Part shown: in pieces, positions 1-15,984 of the stretch
Position numbering within the stretch: position 1 is the first letter of the stretch
Layout: each line of letters begins with the position of its first letter
NCBI RefSeq assembly: GCF_009914755.1
Contig: NC_060925.1
Length of the DNA: 64,000 nt
Source of the DNA: the human T2T-CHM13v2.0 reference genome, Homo sapiens
Reading direction: 5' to 3' (one strand)
The notes under the pieces: model-generated
What the model was told of the DNA's origin: nothing
Databases searched by the model: none
Seen by the model: only the letters and a program-made list of their open reading frames with translations
Made by a program: the position numbers and the translations under genes

Positions 1-483
1 AATGGTTGAACTAGTTTACAGTCCCACCAACAGTGTAAAAGTGTTCCTATTTCTCCACATCCTCTCCAGCACCTGTTGTTTCCTGATTTTTTAATGATCG
101 CCATTCTAACTAGTGTGAGATGATATCTCATTGTGGTTTTGATTTGCATTTCTCTGATGGCCAGTGATGATGAGCATTTTTTCATGTGTCTGTTGGCTGC
201 ATAAATGTCTTCTTTTGAGAAGTGTCTGTTCATATCCTTCGCCCACTTTTTGATGTTTTTTTTTTTTTTCTTGTAAATTTGGTTGAGTTCTTTGTAGATT
301 CTGGATATTAGCCCTTTGTCAGATGAGTAGATTGCAAAAACGTTCTCCCATTCTGTAGGTTGCCTGTTCACTCTGATGGTAGTTTCTTTTGCTGTGCAGA
401 AGCTCTTTAGTTTAATCAGATCCCATTTGTCAATTTTGGCTTTTGTTGCCATTGCTTTTGGTGTTTTAGACATGAAGTTCTTG
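1..483 (-). mobile_element. L1PA (young primate LINE-1) ORF2 3' region, 5'-truncated at ~483, continues off the left edge
   Basis: Near-consensus antisense L1 text (aatggttgaactagtttacagtcccaccaacagtgtaaaagtgttcc...gacatgaagt). Confidence 0.95.
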
Positions 484-1124
484 ACATTTTGGGCCATTTT
501 AAATAGTCTTTAAAAAAATCTCACAAAAATGAGGGAAAACATAACACTACATAGATAGTAAAATGAACATTTATTTGCAATATGAGAGCTGAAAAAAGAA
601 GGCAGAATATCACCTTGTTTGATCTAAACTGGGATTAGATCTAAGCTCAGAACATATGTGTCAGATGACTCAAATTTTTTCTCCTACTATGTGAATGTCC
701 ATAAAAAATTGCAAAAGCATCATGAGTATTAATTTTGTGAGTAAAAATAAATTTTGGCAAGTTGAAAAATTTACAAATATGGAACCTGTGAATAATAAGC
801 AGTTCTCTGTGTGTGTGTGTGCATGTGCATATGTGTACATATATTCCAATATAAATACTTATAACTGGAAATTTATTTTACCTTTATGCATAATATACAT
901 TTGGAAGAAAACTTGAATATTAATCTTTTAATTAATTATTTTGTCCCAGTTATATTTTTTCTTCTTAATTCCAAGCTCTATTTTATTCTTTATCCAACTT
1001 TATTGAATAACTCAATTTTTATTCATCACCACTCCTTCAATTAAAAAAAAAAGTCAATGAGTTTTAGCCTTATCTTTGTGAGAAACTATGGTCTAGAAGA
1101 CTGGTCAATGAAATTACAATTTCT

Positions 1125-1215
1125 TAGACTGGGTCTAGGCATCAGAATTTTTAAATACTGATTAAGAAGCCCTTTAGATGGTTCTAACAAGTAGCTAGGG
1201 TTAGAAACTAACTTT
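1125..1215. mobile_element. MER5-like hAT-Charlie relic
   Basis: Degenerate MER5-type text (ggcatcagaatttttaaa...ctagggttagaaactaact). Confidence 0.4.
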
Positions 1216-1283
1216 AGATACCAACACTGATACTGTGCTACCTAGGAATGTTCTAGAATAACTTTTTTAGAGTCACTGTTTTC

Positions 1284-2286
1284 TTTTTCTTTTTTCTTTA
1301 TTTCTTCTAAAAAAATGGGATACATGTGCAGAACATCCAGGTTTGTTACATAGGTATATGTGTGCCATGGTGGTTTGCTGCACCTATTGACCCATCCTCT
1401 AAGTTCCCTCCCCTCACCCCTCATCCCCCACACAAGCCCTGGTGCGTGTTGTTCCCCTCTCTGTGTCCATGTGTTGTCAATGTTCAACTCGCACTTATGA
1501 GTGAGAACATGCAGTGTTTTGTTTTTTTTCCTGTGTTAGTTTGCTGACTATGATGGCTTCCACCTTCATTCATATCCCTGCAAAGGACATGATCTCATTC
1601 CTTTTTATGGCTGCATTGTATTCCATGGTGTATATGTACCACATTTTCTTTATCCAGTCTGTCATTGATGGGCATTTGGGTTGGTTCCTTGTCTTTGCTA
1701 TTGTAAAAGTGCTACGATAAACATACATGTGCATGTCTCTTTATAGTAGAATGATTTATATTCCTTTGGGTATATACCCAGTAATAGGATTGCTGGCTGG
1801 GTCAAATGATATTTCTGGTTCTAGATTCTTGGGGAATCACCATACTGTCTTCCACAATGATTACACTAATTTACATTCCCACCAACAGTGTAAAGGGGTT
1901 CCTATTTCTCCACAGCCTTGCCAGCATCTATTTGCTTCCTGACTTTTTAATAATCGCCATTCTTAACTGGCGTGAGATGGTATCTTATTGCCATTTTGAT
2001 TTGCATTTCTATGAGGATCAGTGATGTTGAGCTTTTTTCATATGCTTCTTGGCCACGTAAATGTCTTCTTTTAAGAAGTGTCTGTTCATATCATTTGTCC
2101 ATTTTGATGGGGTGTTCATATCTTTTGTCCATTTTGATGGGGTGTTCATATCTTTTGTCCATTTTGATGGGGTTGTCTTTTTCTGGTAAATTTGTTTAAG
2201 TTTCTTGTAAATTCTGGATATTAGGCCCTTGTCAGATGGGTAGATTGCAAAAATTTTCTCCCAATCTGTAGGTTGCCTGATAGTAT
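1284..2286 (-). mobile_element. L1PA8-like 3' fragment with poly(A) remnant and TSD
   Basis: T-rich tail, then tttcttctaaaaaaatgggatacatgtgcagaac 3' UTR and ORF2 C-terminus (ORF 2018..2308 [25 protein letters not shown]). TSD agtcactgttttc at 1271-1283 and 2287-2299. Confidence 0.93.
2083..2172. repeat. 30-bp tandem repeat x3 inside the L1
   Basis: tgttcatatc(a/t)tttgtccattttgatgggg repeated three times. Confidence 0.95.
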
Positions 2287-2314
2287 AGTCACTGTTTTCA
2301 TATATCAAACGAAC

Positions 2315-2405
2315 ATCTCATCTCTTGCCTCATAAAATGTTGTGAGCATTAAATAAGATGTTATGTATTTAATTTTGGGTCCAGAATGAAGCATTCAATA
2401 AATAC
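2315..2405 (+). mobile_element. MIR fragment
   Basis: cctcataaaatgttgtgagcattaaataagat...cattcaataaata resembles the MIR 3' half. Confidence 0.55.
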
Positions 2406-2599
2406 ATATACGTTTTTTCTTTTTGTATTGAAAACCTGACATATCTTTCTTCCTCTGAAAGGAAAAAAGATTTAATTTCCACAATTCTTCGTAATGTGAA
2501 AGTATACCAAGCTCACTCCCTGTCTTTACAAAATAATACTCATTTTACTTTAGAGTGATACTTAGGATTTACAGATTATTTTTGCAGCCCTTCCTCCTA

Positions 2600-3010
2600 C
2601 TATATTTCTTCAAACATTCTACCCACTACTCAAATTGAACTTACCATAGTTCTCCAAAAGTGCCACATATCTTCTCATATATGAGTATTTGTTCAACATA
2701 TTTCCACTGCCTGAAATAATCAGGATCCTGTAGCTATTCCTGTAAGACTATATCCATAATTTATGCACAATGCAAAAATACCTTATTCCAAAGCCTATTC
2801 CCTTGGTCCACTTTCTGAGCATTCTACAGCCCTAAAACAGTACTAACTCAGTCTCTTTTGCAGTTCAGTGAAGTTCTGTATGTTTCTCTGTTACGGCACT
2901 ACCAATTCCTCTTTTATATATCAATTATCTGTGTGTGTATAATAACTTCAGGACTAGAACATACACTCATTGAGGGTGGGCACATTTTTTATGCTTAACA
3001 TTTGTTCCCA
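2600..3010 (+). mobile_element. L2 fragment
   Basis: Degenerate pyrimidine-rich text resembling the L2 3' region. Confidence 0.4.
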
Positions 3011-5989
3011 TCCTGTTTCTGTGACCATGCTGAAAGAGAGGGAAACGCTGATATTGTTTTTTCCATTCTTGGCTAGTTGTTAAAGAGAAGGGTTCAATCT
3101 CTGTAGTGGTAGAGATCAATGTAAGAGAACATCAAGGACAATGGATGGCTGAGGGTTAAATTAATCTTCATCCCCTTCTAAGCTCGAGATTGTCTTTCTG
3201 AAATAATTTTCCACTCGTATCTTGGAGGGAATCTCTTTTTAATAAGGAAGTCCATTTCCATACATAGATATTCAATATATATTTGTAAAAGGAATTAATG
3301 TGTAAATTATGCCCCTTTAACCATAAAAGGATAGTCGCTATAGTGGACATAGCACACCACTTAACGTAATCACTCCTTAATTTTTACACTATCAAACCTG
3401 TATTTCTCTATTTAAAGAAAATAATTATTTATAAAATAAAAAATCAAAATCAGATGGATTGTGTCTATTCTTTTTCTTTCATTTATTCAATCTGATGAGT
3501 CTTTCGCTCAGTAGAAAATTAATTTAGTTAGCGCTTGATCTTCATGAAACAAGTAATTTTTTCCAAGCTCCTATTATTTTCAAGGATATTATGTATTTAA
3601 AATAACACCATGTCCTATTATAATTGCTGAAATATTATGTGTATAAAAACATAAATTCAAAATAGTAATATTAATCACACATATAGCCAGTTTTCTTAGA
3701 AATATGTAAGTTTTTAAAGGCCTCCTTTTTCAGCCAGCCCTAAGTGCAAAGGATATGATATATTTTTATGTCAATACTTTATAATCTGGAAAAATCAATA
3801 AATGATAAGGAATATGTGGAAAATATTTGAGAGTAAGCCTCCAAAATAATATCCTACATAATTAATTTAAAAGATAATAAAACATGAGAAAAATTAATAT
3901 CAGTGTCATATTAATAAAATACATATGTGATATTATTTTGCATATTGTGTATATATACAAAATTTTTATAAAATGGCTTGTATAGTTTTTAAGCTTATAA
4001 TTTAGGACATATGTTGACATAATTAATCTATGAGTGATAACTGATTTTCTTCTTATAGCATCCAAGGCATTAGTCCCACTTGCCATTTAAAAGTTATATT
4101 TCTACTAAAAGTAACCATTTTAATATATTGTAATACATTGTTTTTAATGGCATAAATTTAATAAATTTGCTTTTAAATGCCATTTACCAAATATATTCAT
4201 TTATGTCATATCTTAATCTAAATTATTGAAGTTCAGAATAGTATTGGGTTTAGAAACTGGTTATCTTATTGCCCTTTCTATCCCTTAGCTGGCACACCTC
4301 TTCCCTTTAACCTGTTACAGGATGGATTGAGGATTAAATGAGAAAGTTTATGAAAACTGCAAGACTAGTGTCAAATTATTATATGTCAGTATTAAATATG
4401 ATTAGATATTATGAGTTTATAAATTTAAATTACAGTAAGCAATATTATTTCTCTTAAAAACATTTAATGGCCCAATAATCAAACATAGAATCAAACAACA
4501 TTCTCTGTGTGTATGTTTTCAACTATGTGCCCTGTAAATAGTAGTTCTCATAATAGAGGAGGTGTTTCAGAGAATGAATCAAGTGAACAGTTGCATCATT
4601 ATATTGTGACAATCAATAATGTATTTATTTGATGTTTTATACTTCTGCTCAATATCCTGCATCACAATGATCAAGCAGTAAGTGTCAGTGTGTGTTTGCA
4701 TGTGTGTGCATATATCCATACACAGTGTGCACTTCCATGGTGCTTGGGGTAAATGGATCTGTTTTCATATTCCTTACATTTAATGGGGAAAATAGAGGGA
4801 AGATATTTTCAGAATATAGGAGAAAAATAATGAAGTAGATAGTGACTGAGATTTGTGTTACTACTAGTGCCATGGCCTAGGGAGGTCTCATTTAATGGAG
4901 AGTATCTGAGATAAGATAATGTAATGAAAAAGAATAAATTATAAATTTATCTAGCCAAAAAAACCAATTGAGGTGAATGCAATGGCAAATAAAAATACTC
5001 TGAGGCTGAAATAAGTTTATTTTTTAAATTCAATATGTTTATTTTCCTTTTATTTGTCCTATGGCATGTCATTATATTTTATTTGTAATTTATTTTTCAG
5101 TGTTCTCTCTCTTCTTCCATTTACTTCTTTATTTTAATGCTTCATTAATGTTTCCTTTAAGGGTCCTCATAGTTTTTAAACTTGGTTTAGTCAATTTTAT
5201 ACTTCTTAGAACTTTTAAAACTTTAAATAAGTAGGTGCATGCCTAAGCAACATTGACTAAGTAAATAAACGTGCAGAGGAGGTTACAGTTCTTATTGTAT
5301 GCATTCAGATCAATATAGGTAGCACATGTTTAATATAAGATGACTTAATATAAATTAAGAAAATTTATCAGAAAGGCATAGAATTCCTAAAATTATCATC
5401 CACCTGCCTGTCATCTATAAATGCTAACATCTATATGTTAATGAATGACATTTTTATGCAATCATTGTATACTTGCACACTCATTGACTGAAGTTACCAT
5501 GTACCAACTGCACTTTGAGAAAATATATCTGAGAATTTCATATATTGTATTTCAGGCAGATTTTCCTCCCCATCACTAAGTACCAACCACACTTCAAATT
5601 CTGAAATTGTACAAGTGTATATAACCCAGGGAGTTTATACAATTTACTAAAAAACAAAACCAACAACCACAATTCAAAAAAAAAACCCCAAATAATATAA
5701 AAATATATGGTGAACAAAAATGGCTCAATATATGACTGATCATGATAACAAACTAGAAGGACTGTTTTGTAGCAACTGTACAAAAGGCAAATCTTTGCCT
5801 TTGGCCATCATTCCCTAAAGACCAATAGTTGTATCAAGAAACTCTGCTGTGAAAATTAATTCATTTAAATGTTCCTAAGAGACATTCCAAAAATCAAAAA
5901 CAGATGGTCAGTGGTAACATTATTATTTTTTTCCTAATTATAAAGTTAGCTAATTAATAACAGTAACAACTTTAGTAAAAACATGACAA

Positions 5990-6222
5990 CTACAATAATA
6001 GCTGCTTTCATTGAGCAGTCTCCATGTTCTGGGGACAGTGCTAGGCACTGAGTAAATTGCAAGAATTATCTTATTTAATCTTCATAAAATCTTCATGACA
6101 TAAAATGCTATGATTCTCATTTTATAGATGTGGCAATTTAGAAATAGAGAGATTAAAATTTTTTCAGAGTAGCAAAGGCAGAGAATATTTGAACCCAGGT
6201 TATCTGACCCTAGAACCTTGCC
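5990..6222 (-). mobile_element. MIR
   Basis: cattgagc...cagtgctaggcac...attctcattttatagatg...tttgaacccaggttatctgac matches antisense MIR. Confidence 0.75.
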
Positions 6223-6439
6223 ACCTCCTCATCTAGTTCCAAGACATATGTATTCATTTTCAATCAAGAAATAATGAATCCATCAGATAGCTAACTTCTA
6301 CAGGAATCTTGGCTGTATTACACACATTTTAATGTACATGTAAACAGTCTAAAATGTTTCCTTAACAGGTAAATTGAAAACGAATGAAGAGAAACAATAG
6401 AATTGGGGAACATGAAGTTGATAAATAAATGTACAAAAA

Positions 6440-6640
6440 ACAAAGAGAAAGGAAAAAAGGAGGGAAAAGACAAGGGAGGGGAGGACAGGGGAGGGGAGGC
6501 GAGGGGAAGGAAGGGTAAGGGGAGGGGAGAGAAAGGGAGGGTTGGGGATGGGAGGGGAGGGGAGGGTTAGAGTAGGGGAGGGGAAGGGAGGGTTTAAGGA
6601 GGGGAGAGGAGGGGAAGGAATGGAAAGGAAAATGTAAAGA
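6440..6640 (+). repeat. Purine-rich GGGGA/GGAA low-complexity tract
   Basis: About 200 nt of mostly G/A with many GGG(G) runs. Confidence 0.9.
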
Positions 6641-6714
6641 AAAAATGTGTGTCCTGTGGATGAAAATACAGTGTATTGATATAGTGTATTGACCTGTGAC
6701 ATTGAATTAGCAAA

Positions 6715-6875
6715 CAGTGTTCTACACCAGAGTTTTTCCAAATGTGGGTTTAAAAAAAAAAACAAAAAAACTCAGAATATAAAGTCTCACTGAGATGTAC
6801 TAAATCAGAGTCTTTCAGTGTTAAAATCAGGATTGTACATTTTTAAAAAACACCCCAGCTAATTCTCTACGTCTT
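6715..6875. mobile_element. MER5-like DNA transposon relic
   Basis: tactaaatcagagtct...catttttaaaaaacaccccagctaattct resembles the MER5 core. Confidence 0.5.
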
Positions 6876-7039
6876 GAATTCAGGTTCCCTTCAACTCTCC
6901 AAAACAAATTATTTATTCATTATGAAAAAAATACTTATCCCTTTATGTAATACTAGGCCCTAAAAAAATTGGCAATCACCAAAATTTTAATTCCTGCCTC
7001 ACTTGGTAATTTTAAAAACTATATGATTAAAAAATCAGT

Positions 7040-8455
7040 TGAAGATGCTGGGAAAACCGGATATCCATATACCAAGATTGAAATTAGACCCCTCTCTTAC
7101 CACATATAAAAATAAAATCAAATTGATTAAATAATAAAACCTAAGACTTCAAACTATGAAACTGCTCCAAGAAAACATCAGTGAAACTCTCCAAGACATT
7201 AGTCTGGGCAAAAATTTCTTGAGTAATACCCCACAAGCACAGGCAACCAAAGCAAAAATGGACAAATGAGATTACATCAAGTTAAAAAGCTTCTGCATAG
7301 AAAAGGAAACAATCAGCCAAGTAAAGAGACAACTCACAGGGTGGAAGAAACTATCTGCAAACTAACCATCTGACAATGGATTAATAACCAGAATATATAA
7401 GGAGCTCAAACAACCTTATAGGAAAAAATCCAATAATCTGATTACAAAATGAGCAAAAGATTTGAACTGATATTTCTTGAAAGAAGACATACAAGTGGCA
7501 GACACATGAAAAGATGTTCAACATCATTGATTACCAGAGAAATGTAAATCAAAACTGCAATGAGATATCATCTCACTGCAGTTAAAATTGCTTGTATCCA
7601 AAACACAGGCAATTACAAATGCTGGTTAGGATGTGGAGAAAAGGGAACCCTTGTACACTCTTTGTGGGAATGTAAGTTAGTACAGCCCCTATGGAGAACA
7701 GTTTGGAAGTGCCTAAAAAAACTGAAAATAGAGTTACCATATGATGAAGCAATCTCACTGCTGGGTATATACCCAGAAGAATGGAAATCAGTGTAATGAA
7801 GAGATAGCTGCACTCCCATGTCTGTTGCAGCTCTGTTCACAATAGCCAAGATTTGGAAGCAACCTAAGTGTCCATCAATAGATTAATAGATATAGATAAA
7901 GAAAATGTGGCACATATACACAATAGAATGCTATTCAGCCATAAAAAAAGAATAAGATTTTGTCATTTGCAACAACATGGATGGAACTGAAGGTCATTAT
8001 GTTAAGTGAAATAAGCCAGGCACAGAAAGACAAACATTGTATGTTCTCACTTATTTGTGGGATCTATAAATCAAAACAATTTAATCCATGAAGATAGAGA
8101 GTAGGAGGATGGTTACCAGAGGCTGAGAAGGGTAGTGGGAGGGTATAGGGGATGGTGGGGATGGTTAATGGGTAAAAAAAAAAAAAATCTTTAGAAGAAT
8201 GAATAAGGTCTAGTATTTAGTAGCACAACTGGGTGATTATAGTTGATAATAATTTAACTGTACTTTTTAAAAATAACTAAAAGAGTATAATTGCATTATT
8301 TGTAACACAAAAGATAAATGCCTGAGGAAATGGATAGCCCATTTTCCATGATTGATTATTAACATTGCCTGCCCGTATCAAAGCATCTCATATCCCCCAT
8401 AAATATATAAACCTATTATGTACCTACGAAAATAACAAATAAAACATAATATATA
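7040..8455 (+). mobile_element. L1MA (L1MA1/2-like) 3' fragment: ORF2 end plus 3' UTR
   Basis: ORF2 C-terminal remnant ([42 protein letters not shown]) and an L1MA-type 3' UTR (gaatgaataaggtctagtatt...tgtaacacaaaagataaatg). Confidence 0.9.
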
Positions 8456-8465
8456 TTAAAAAATT

Positions 8466-8751
8466 GGCCAGGCATGGTGGCTCACGCCCATAATCCCAGC
8501 ACTTTGGGAGGCCGAGGTGGGTGGATCACAAGGTCAGGAGTTTGAGACCAGCCTGGCCAACATAGTGAAACACCGTCTCTACTAAAAATACAAAAATTAG
8601 CTGGGCCTGGTGGCATGCACCTGTAATCACAGCTACTCAAGAGGCTGAGGCAGGAGAATGGCTTGAACCTGGGAGGCAGAGGTTGCAGTAAGCCAAGGTG
8701 GCACTACTGCACTCCAGCCTGGGCAACAGAGGGAGACTCCATCTTGGAAAA

Positions 8752-8802
<51 letters not shown>
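8466..8802 (+). mobile_element. AluS (AluSg-like) with (TAAA)n tail
   Basis: Full dimer. ggatcacaaggtcaggagtttgagaccagcc carries the 2-bp deletion with an Sg-type body. Tail is ~13 TAAA units. Confidence 0.95.
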
Positions 8803-8803
<1 letters not shown>

Positions 8804-9480
8804 CAATTGAGGTTATGTGATATAGTAGAAAGAACCCCAAAATTAAGTTAGAAATGTTGTGTTTAAGACATACAGCTTTGCTTTCTGCTAGATGCATGAC
8901 ATCAAGAAAGTTAATGTATGTCTGACATTCAATTTGCTTATATTTGAAGTGACAATAAAATGACACACTGTTATAGGATCATAAGAAGCAATGTGTGTTA
9001 ATATGCCTGCTAACTTTAAAACATTATTTAAACATGTGTTATTATTAAATGAATTTGGAAGATAAGTTTACCTTGACATGCATACAATTTCATTATTTTG
9101 GCAACAATTGTACATTAACATATAGGGTCCAATTCCTTTAGTCAGTTTTCTAACAAGACTAAGGTTTCACTTTCTTTGGCTCCCAAATTTCTCTCCAAAA
9201 GAAAAATCTCTTAATTCAAATGGACAGAATATATCCAAAAGGAAAAAGGAAGAAAAAACTGGCACATTAAAATGGGGGAATAAAAAAACCTACACCAATG
9301 TTTCACATCAAAAGAATTTATTTCAGTTGAGATACAGAAAAAAATTAAAATTGCCTCTAGTTTTTATGCCACATGAAAAAAAAAAAAGGCAGAAATGGTA
9401 GTGTCATTTCTCTTTAGCTCCCAAGAGCAGATCTTGCACAGTGCACAGTTTTTTGCGTCCTCTGAAGTCACCAGGAGTTC

Positions 9481-9545
9481 TATATAAGGAGTCCTTAGAG
9501 GGGAAGCCAGAGACAAGTATCTGACTTTTTGTCACTTCCTGTTCC
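9481..9545 (+). promoter_or_regulatory. Candidate TATA/Inr-like element
   Basis: TATATAAG at 9481-9488, CCAG ~28 nt downstream and an ETS-like CACTTCCTGT at ~9533, in unique sequence. Motif evidence only. Confidence 0.2.
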
Positions 9546-11839
9546 AAATTTTGTGTACAGTATAATGAAAGTCCATTATAAAGTGGGGGATAAGACACAT
9601 GATTTACATCCAAATTATACTTGGCTGCACTACCATAAAAAGATGTAGCAATTCAGCTATATTCTGTTGCAATGACTGACAATATTTTTTCTTTATCACA
9701 ATCCCTTTGATGCTTATTAGAAATAATAATAGATGGTCACAATAACTTTCCTTTTCATTATTTCATTACTTTGGTAAGGATGTCTGAGTGCTTGCATATT
9801 TTGTGATAACACACTTTTCCTTCTTCTGATCCATCTTTGTCCCTTCTTTCAGAATACATGGGTATAATTTCTTCATCATTCATTTTGTTGAATATGATTT
9901 CAATTGTCATGTCAATAGTAAAATATAAATTCCTTCATCCTGAAAAGAAATGCTTGTTTCAGTAATATATTTTCCCCAAGAAGTTTAATATTAATGAGAG
10001 AACCTGAATTTTTCCACACCAAGCTGACAGATTGTGTCATAGATTTCTATGTGAAATTTTCAAGAAATATAGCACTGGAAGACAGCAGTACATAGCTCAG
10101 GGCAATAATAAGTCATAAATGGGCAGCAACAATGTTGGTCTAAGGAGTAGATCAGTGTTGTGCTTTGGAAAAACATGACCTTCATTTTTTTGTATCTTGT
10201 TGTCAGTCTGAAATGAAGAAAGTAAATGTTGACCAGTGATAAAGCAAAAATAGATAGTCCTCTCCGTTTTCATATATGCCTTTGGAAAATGAGTATATGA
10301 AATGATGATAGAAAATAATCAACAATTCATCTAGTCAATTACCTTTATAATTGAGAGTGTTTTATTTATTTTGCCTGCATGAAAAGTAGTTGGGAGATAG
10401 AGAGAGAGAGAGAGAGGTCCACCAACAAATTAATAGTTATTACCCATTCAGTGGCAAAAAATTAAGTAATATTTTTATTAATTTTCAACTAATTTATTTT
10501 TCCACATTTTAGTTTGTTTTTATATTAATAATTAATGAAGACTATCATTGTCACTTCTTTACATATTCCTGAATACCTCACCAATAGTATAAAACATTTT
10601 GAAATTTTATAGTTTGTTGAGTTCAGAGCTTTAATTTCATGATCGAAGTTGAGTTTGTCACCAAATCTGCCTTTTCACTAAATCACACATTCATTGTTCC
10701 TCTAAAAGTTTATGTACAAACACTTTGTACAAGGCTGCTCTATTTTCCTTTCTCAATTACTCTTTTACCATTTACCTGAATCAACAATTATTTAAGTTTC
10801 ATAATCTACTCTCCAACTATCACATTCTCTGTTGTTGGTTCATTACCATTCCCTTTGTGAATATGATTTTCCTTTTCTACAAATTGCACTAATCATTGTA
10901 ATCCTTGAAAGGACCTCTTGTTTGACGGGAATATGAAATTTCATTTGTCAAAACCATACTACAAAGGAGCAAGACAACTACCAGGAATATGATCTGGCAT
11001 CCAGAGATATCGTTAATCTTCCCAGGGTTCCCAGGGCTCCCAGGCTTCTAAACTGCAGACTTACTACACTGAGGGCTGTATTCACGCTATGCTTTAATAC
11101 AGAATGATTTTTCCATTACCTTTTTGAAGATGTTGCAATAGCATTTAAGTAATTAATAGGTTCTGTGAACTTTGATGGATTTACTACACCTGAGAAGTTT
11201 TCACCTGGAAAGTGTAACTACAAGAGGCTTGAGTCATGTGAACTGCACCAAAATAAGACTGAGCTTCATTTAATACTCATTATTACCCCTGAATCAGAGT
11301 ACTGTTTGTTTTGCAGTGAATGCAACTGTTTAGTAGAGATGGAATTATCTTTAAAATTGAGAAACTTTTCTGCCACAGTGGTAGAATGCAGTATATTCTG
11401 ACCTTTGTAGATAGAACTGATTTTATTAAATACAACTGGAATAGAGATATGTATAGATATATTGATCACCAGACTTATAAATCTATTTATTTGTATATCA
11501 TCAATCTTCATGCACTTACCCAAAAAGAATACTCACACTAGTTTATGAAAGCAAGACTAATTATGATAAAGTTTAGTTCTAACTGTCCAGGATGTAAAAT
11601 TCACTCGTATAAATAATGATTTTAAGAAAATATAAACTGTATTAATATAGGGTTTATTAAATTTGCTATAGCATGTAAAAGTTAGTAACTAATGGACTTA
11701 GCGAAAACATTATCTTTACATTCAAAATCAATCCTTAGGCTATTGAATTGGAGGGGAAGGAGAGAAAAGTTCTTTACTGAATAGGTTACACTTCATATTG
11801 TTGTTTTCACAAGTATTGTTACCAAAGCTACAAACTCTG

Positions 11840-15631
<3,792 letters not shown>

Positions 15632-15685
15632 TTACTTTATATGGTTCGGAAGTCTACACTTGAAATGGCTCATATTTATAATCCT
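15632..15685 (-). CDS. Coding part of a candidate terminal exon, unidentified gene: xDYKYEPFQV* (stop 15654-15656) or RIINMSHFKCRLPNHIK* (stop 15632-15634)
   Basis: Strong acceptor on the minus strand (ctaaattaatcctttttctttccag|AGGAT). Three CpGs within ~55 bp in a CpG-poor background. Both frames are consistent with a phase-1 upstream exon, with or without the 17-nt exon. Confidence 0.45.
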   Translation of the reverse strand, partial: RIINMSHFKCRLPNHIK

Positions 15686-15967
15686 CTGGAAAGAAAAAGG
15701 ATTAATTTAGAATGCAGGTGTTAATGTGTTTGGACCATGCCTATGTCTCTACTTCTGTGATACTTAACACATTTATTATTAGTCATTTTATGACTGCTCC
15801 TATTAATATGCAACAACACTATGCCAAGATCAGCACCTTTCTTTCCATTTCACTCTTGAAAGGACTGAGATATACTGTAAAGAAAGAGGAAACTTACCTA
15901 TCTGCTATTAATGTTTTCTGTTCTTTTAAAAGAATACTTCAGATGCCTGGAGTATTCTTGCACTTAC

Positions 15968-15984
15968 CACAATCGCTGCCTTAG
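15968..15984 (-). CDS. Candidate 17-nt frame-shifting microexon (CTAAGGCAGCGATTGTG)
   Basis: Branch-point-like actaat, tract attcttttttattaag acceptor and consensus donor GTG|gtaagt. Confidence 0.45.

Noticed and set aside
2083-2172. CRISPR-like ~30-bp repeats
   Set aside because: Head-to-tail with no spacers, inside a primate L1. Not CRISPR.
6349-6765. 138-aa Pro/Ser-rich ORF
   Set aside because: Translation of the antisense GGGGA low-complexity tract, with no ATG start or exon context.
7560-7849. L1 ORF2-like peptides (also 1242-2308, 36773-38202, 42691-43679)
   Set aside because: Fragments of dead LINE-1 copies with stops and frameshifts.
9404-9613. 69-aa minus-strand ORF with protein-like composition
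   Set aside because: Non-ATG start, no recognisable homology and no convincing splice sites.
11019-11048. 9-bp repeat reading KPGSPGNPGK (collagen-like) on the minus strand
   Set aside because: Only three triplets, with no 45/54-nt exon structure and no other Gly-X-Y exons in the window.
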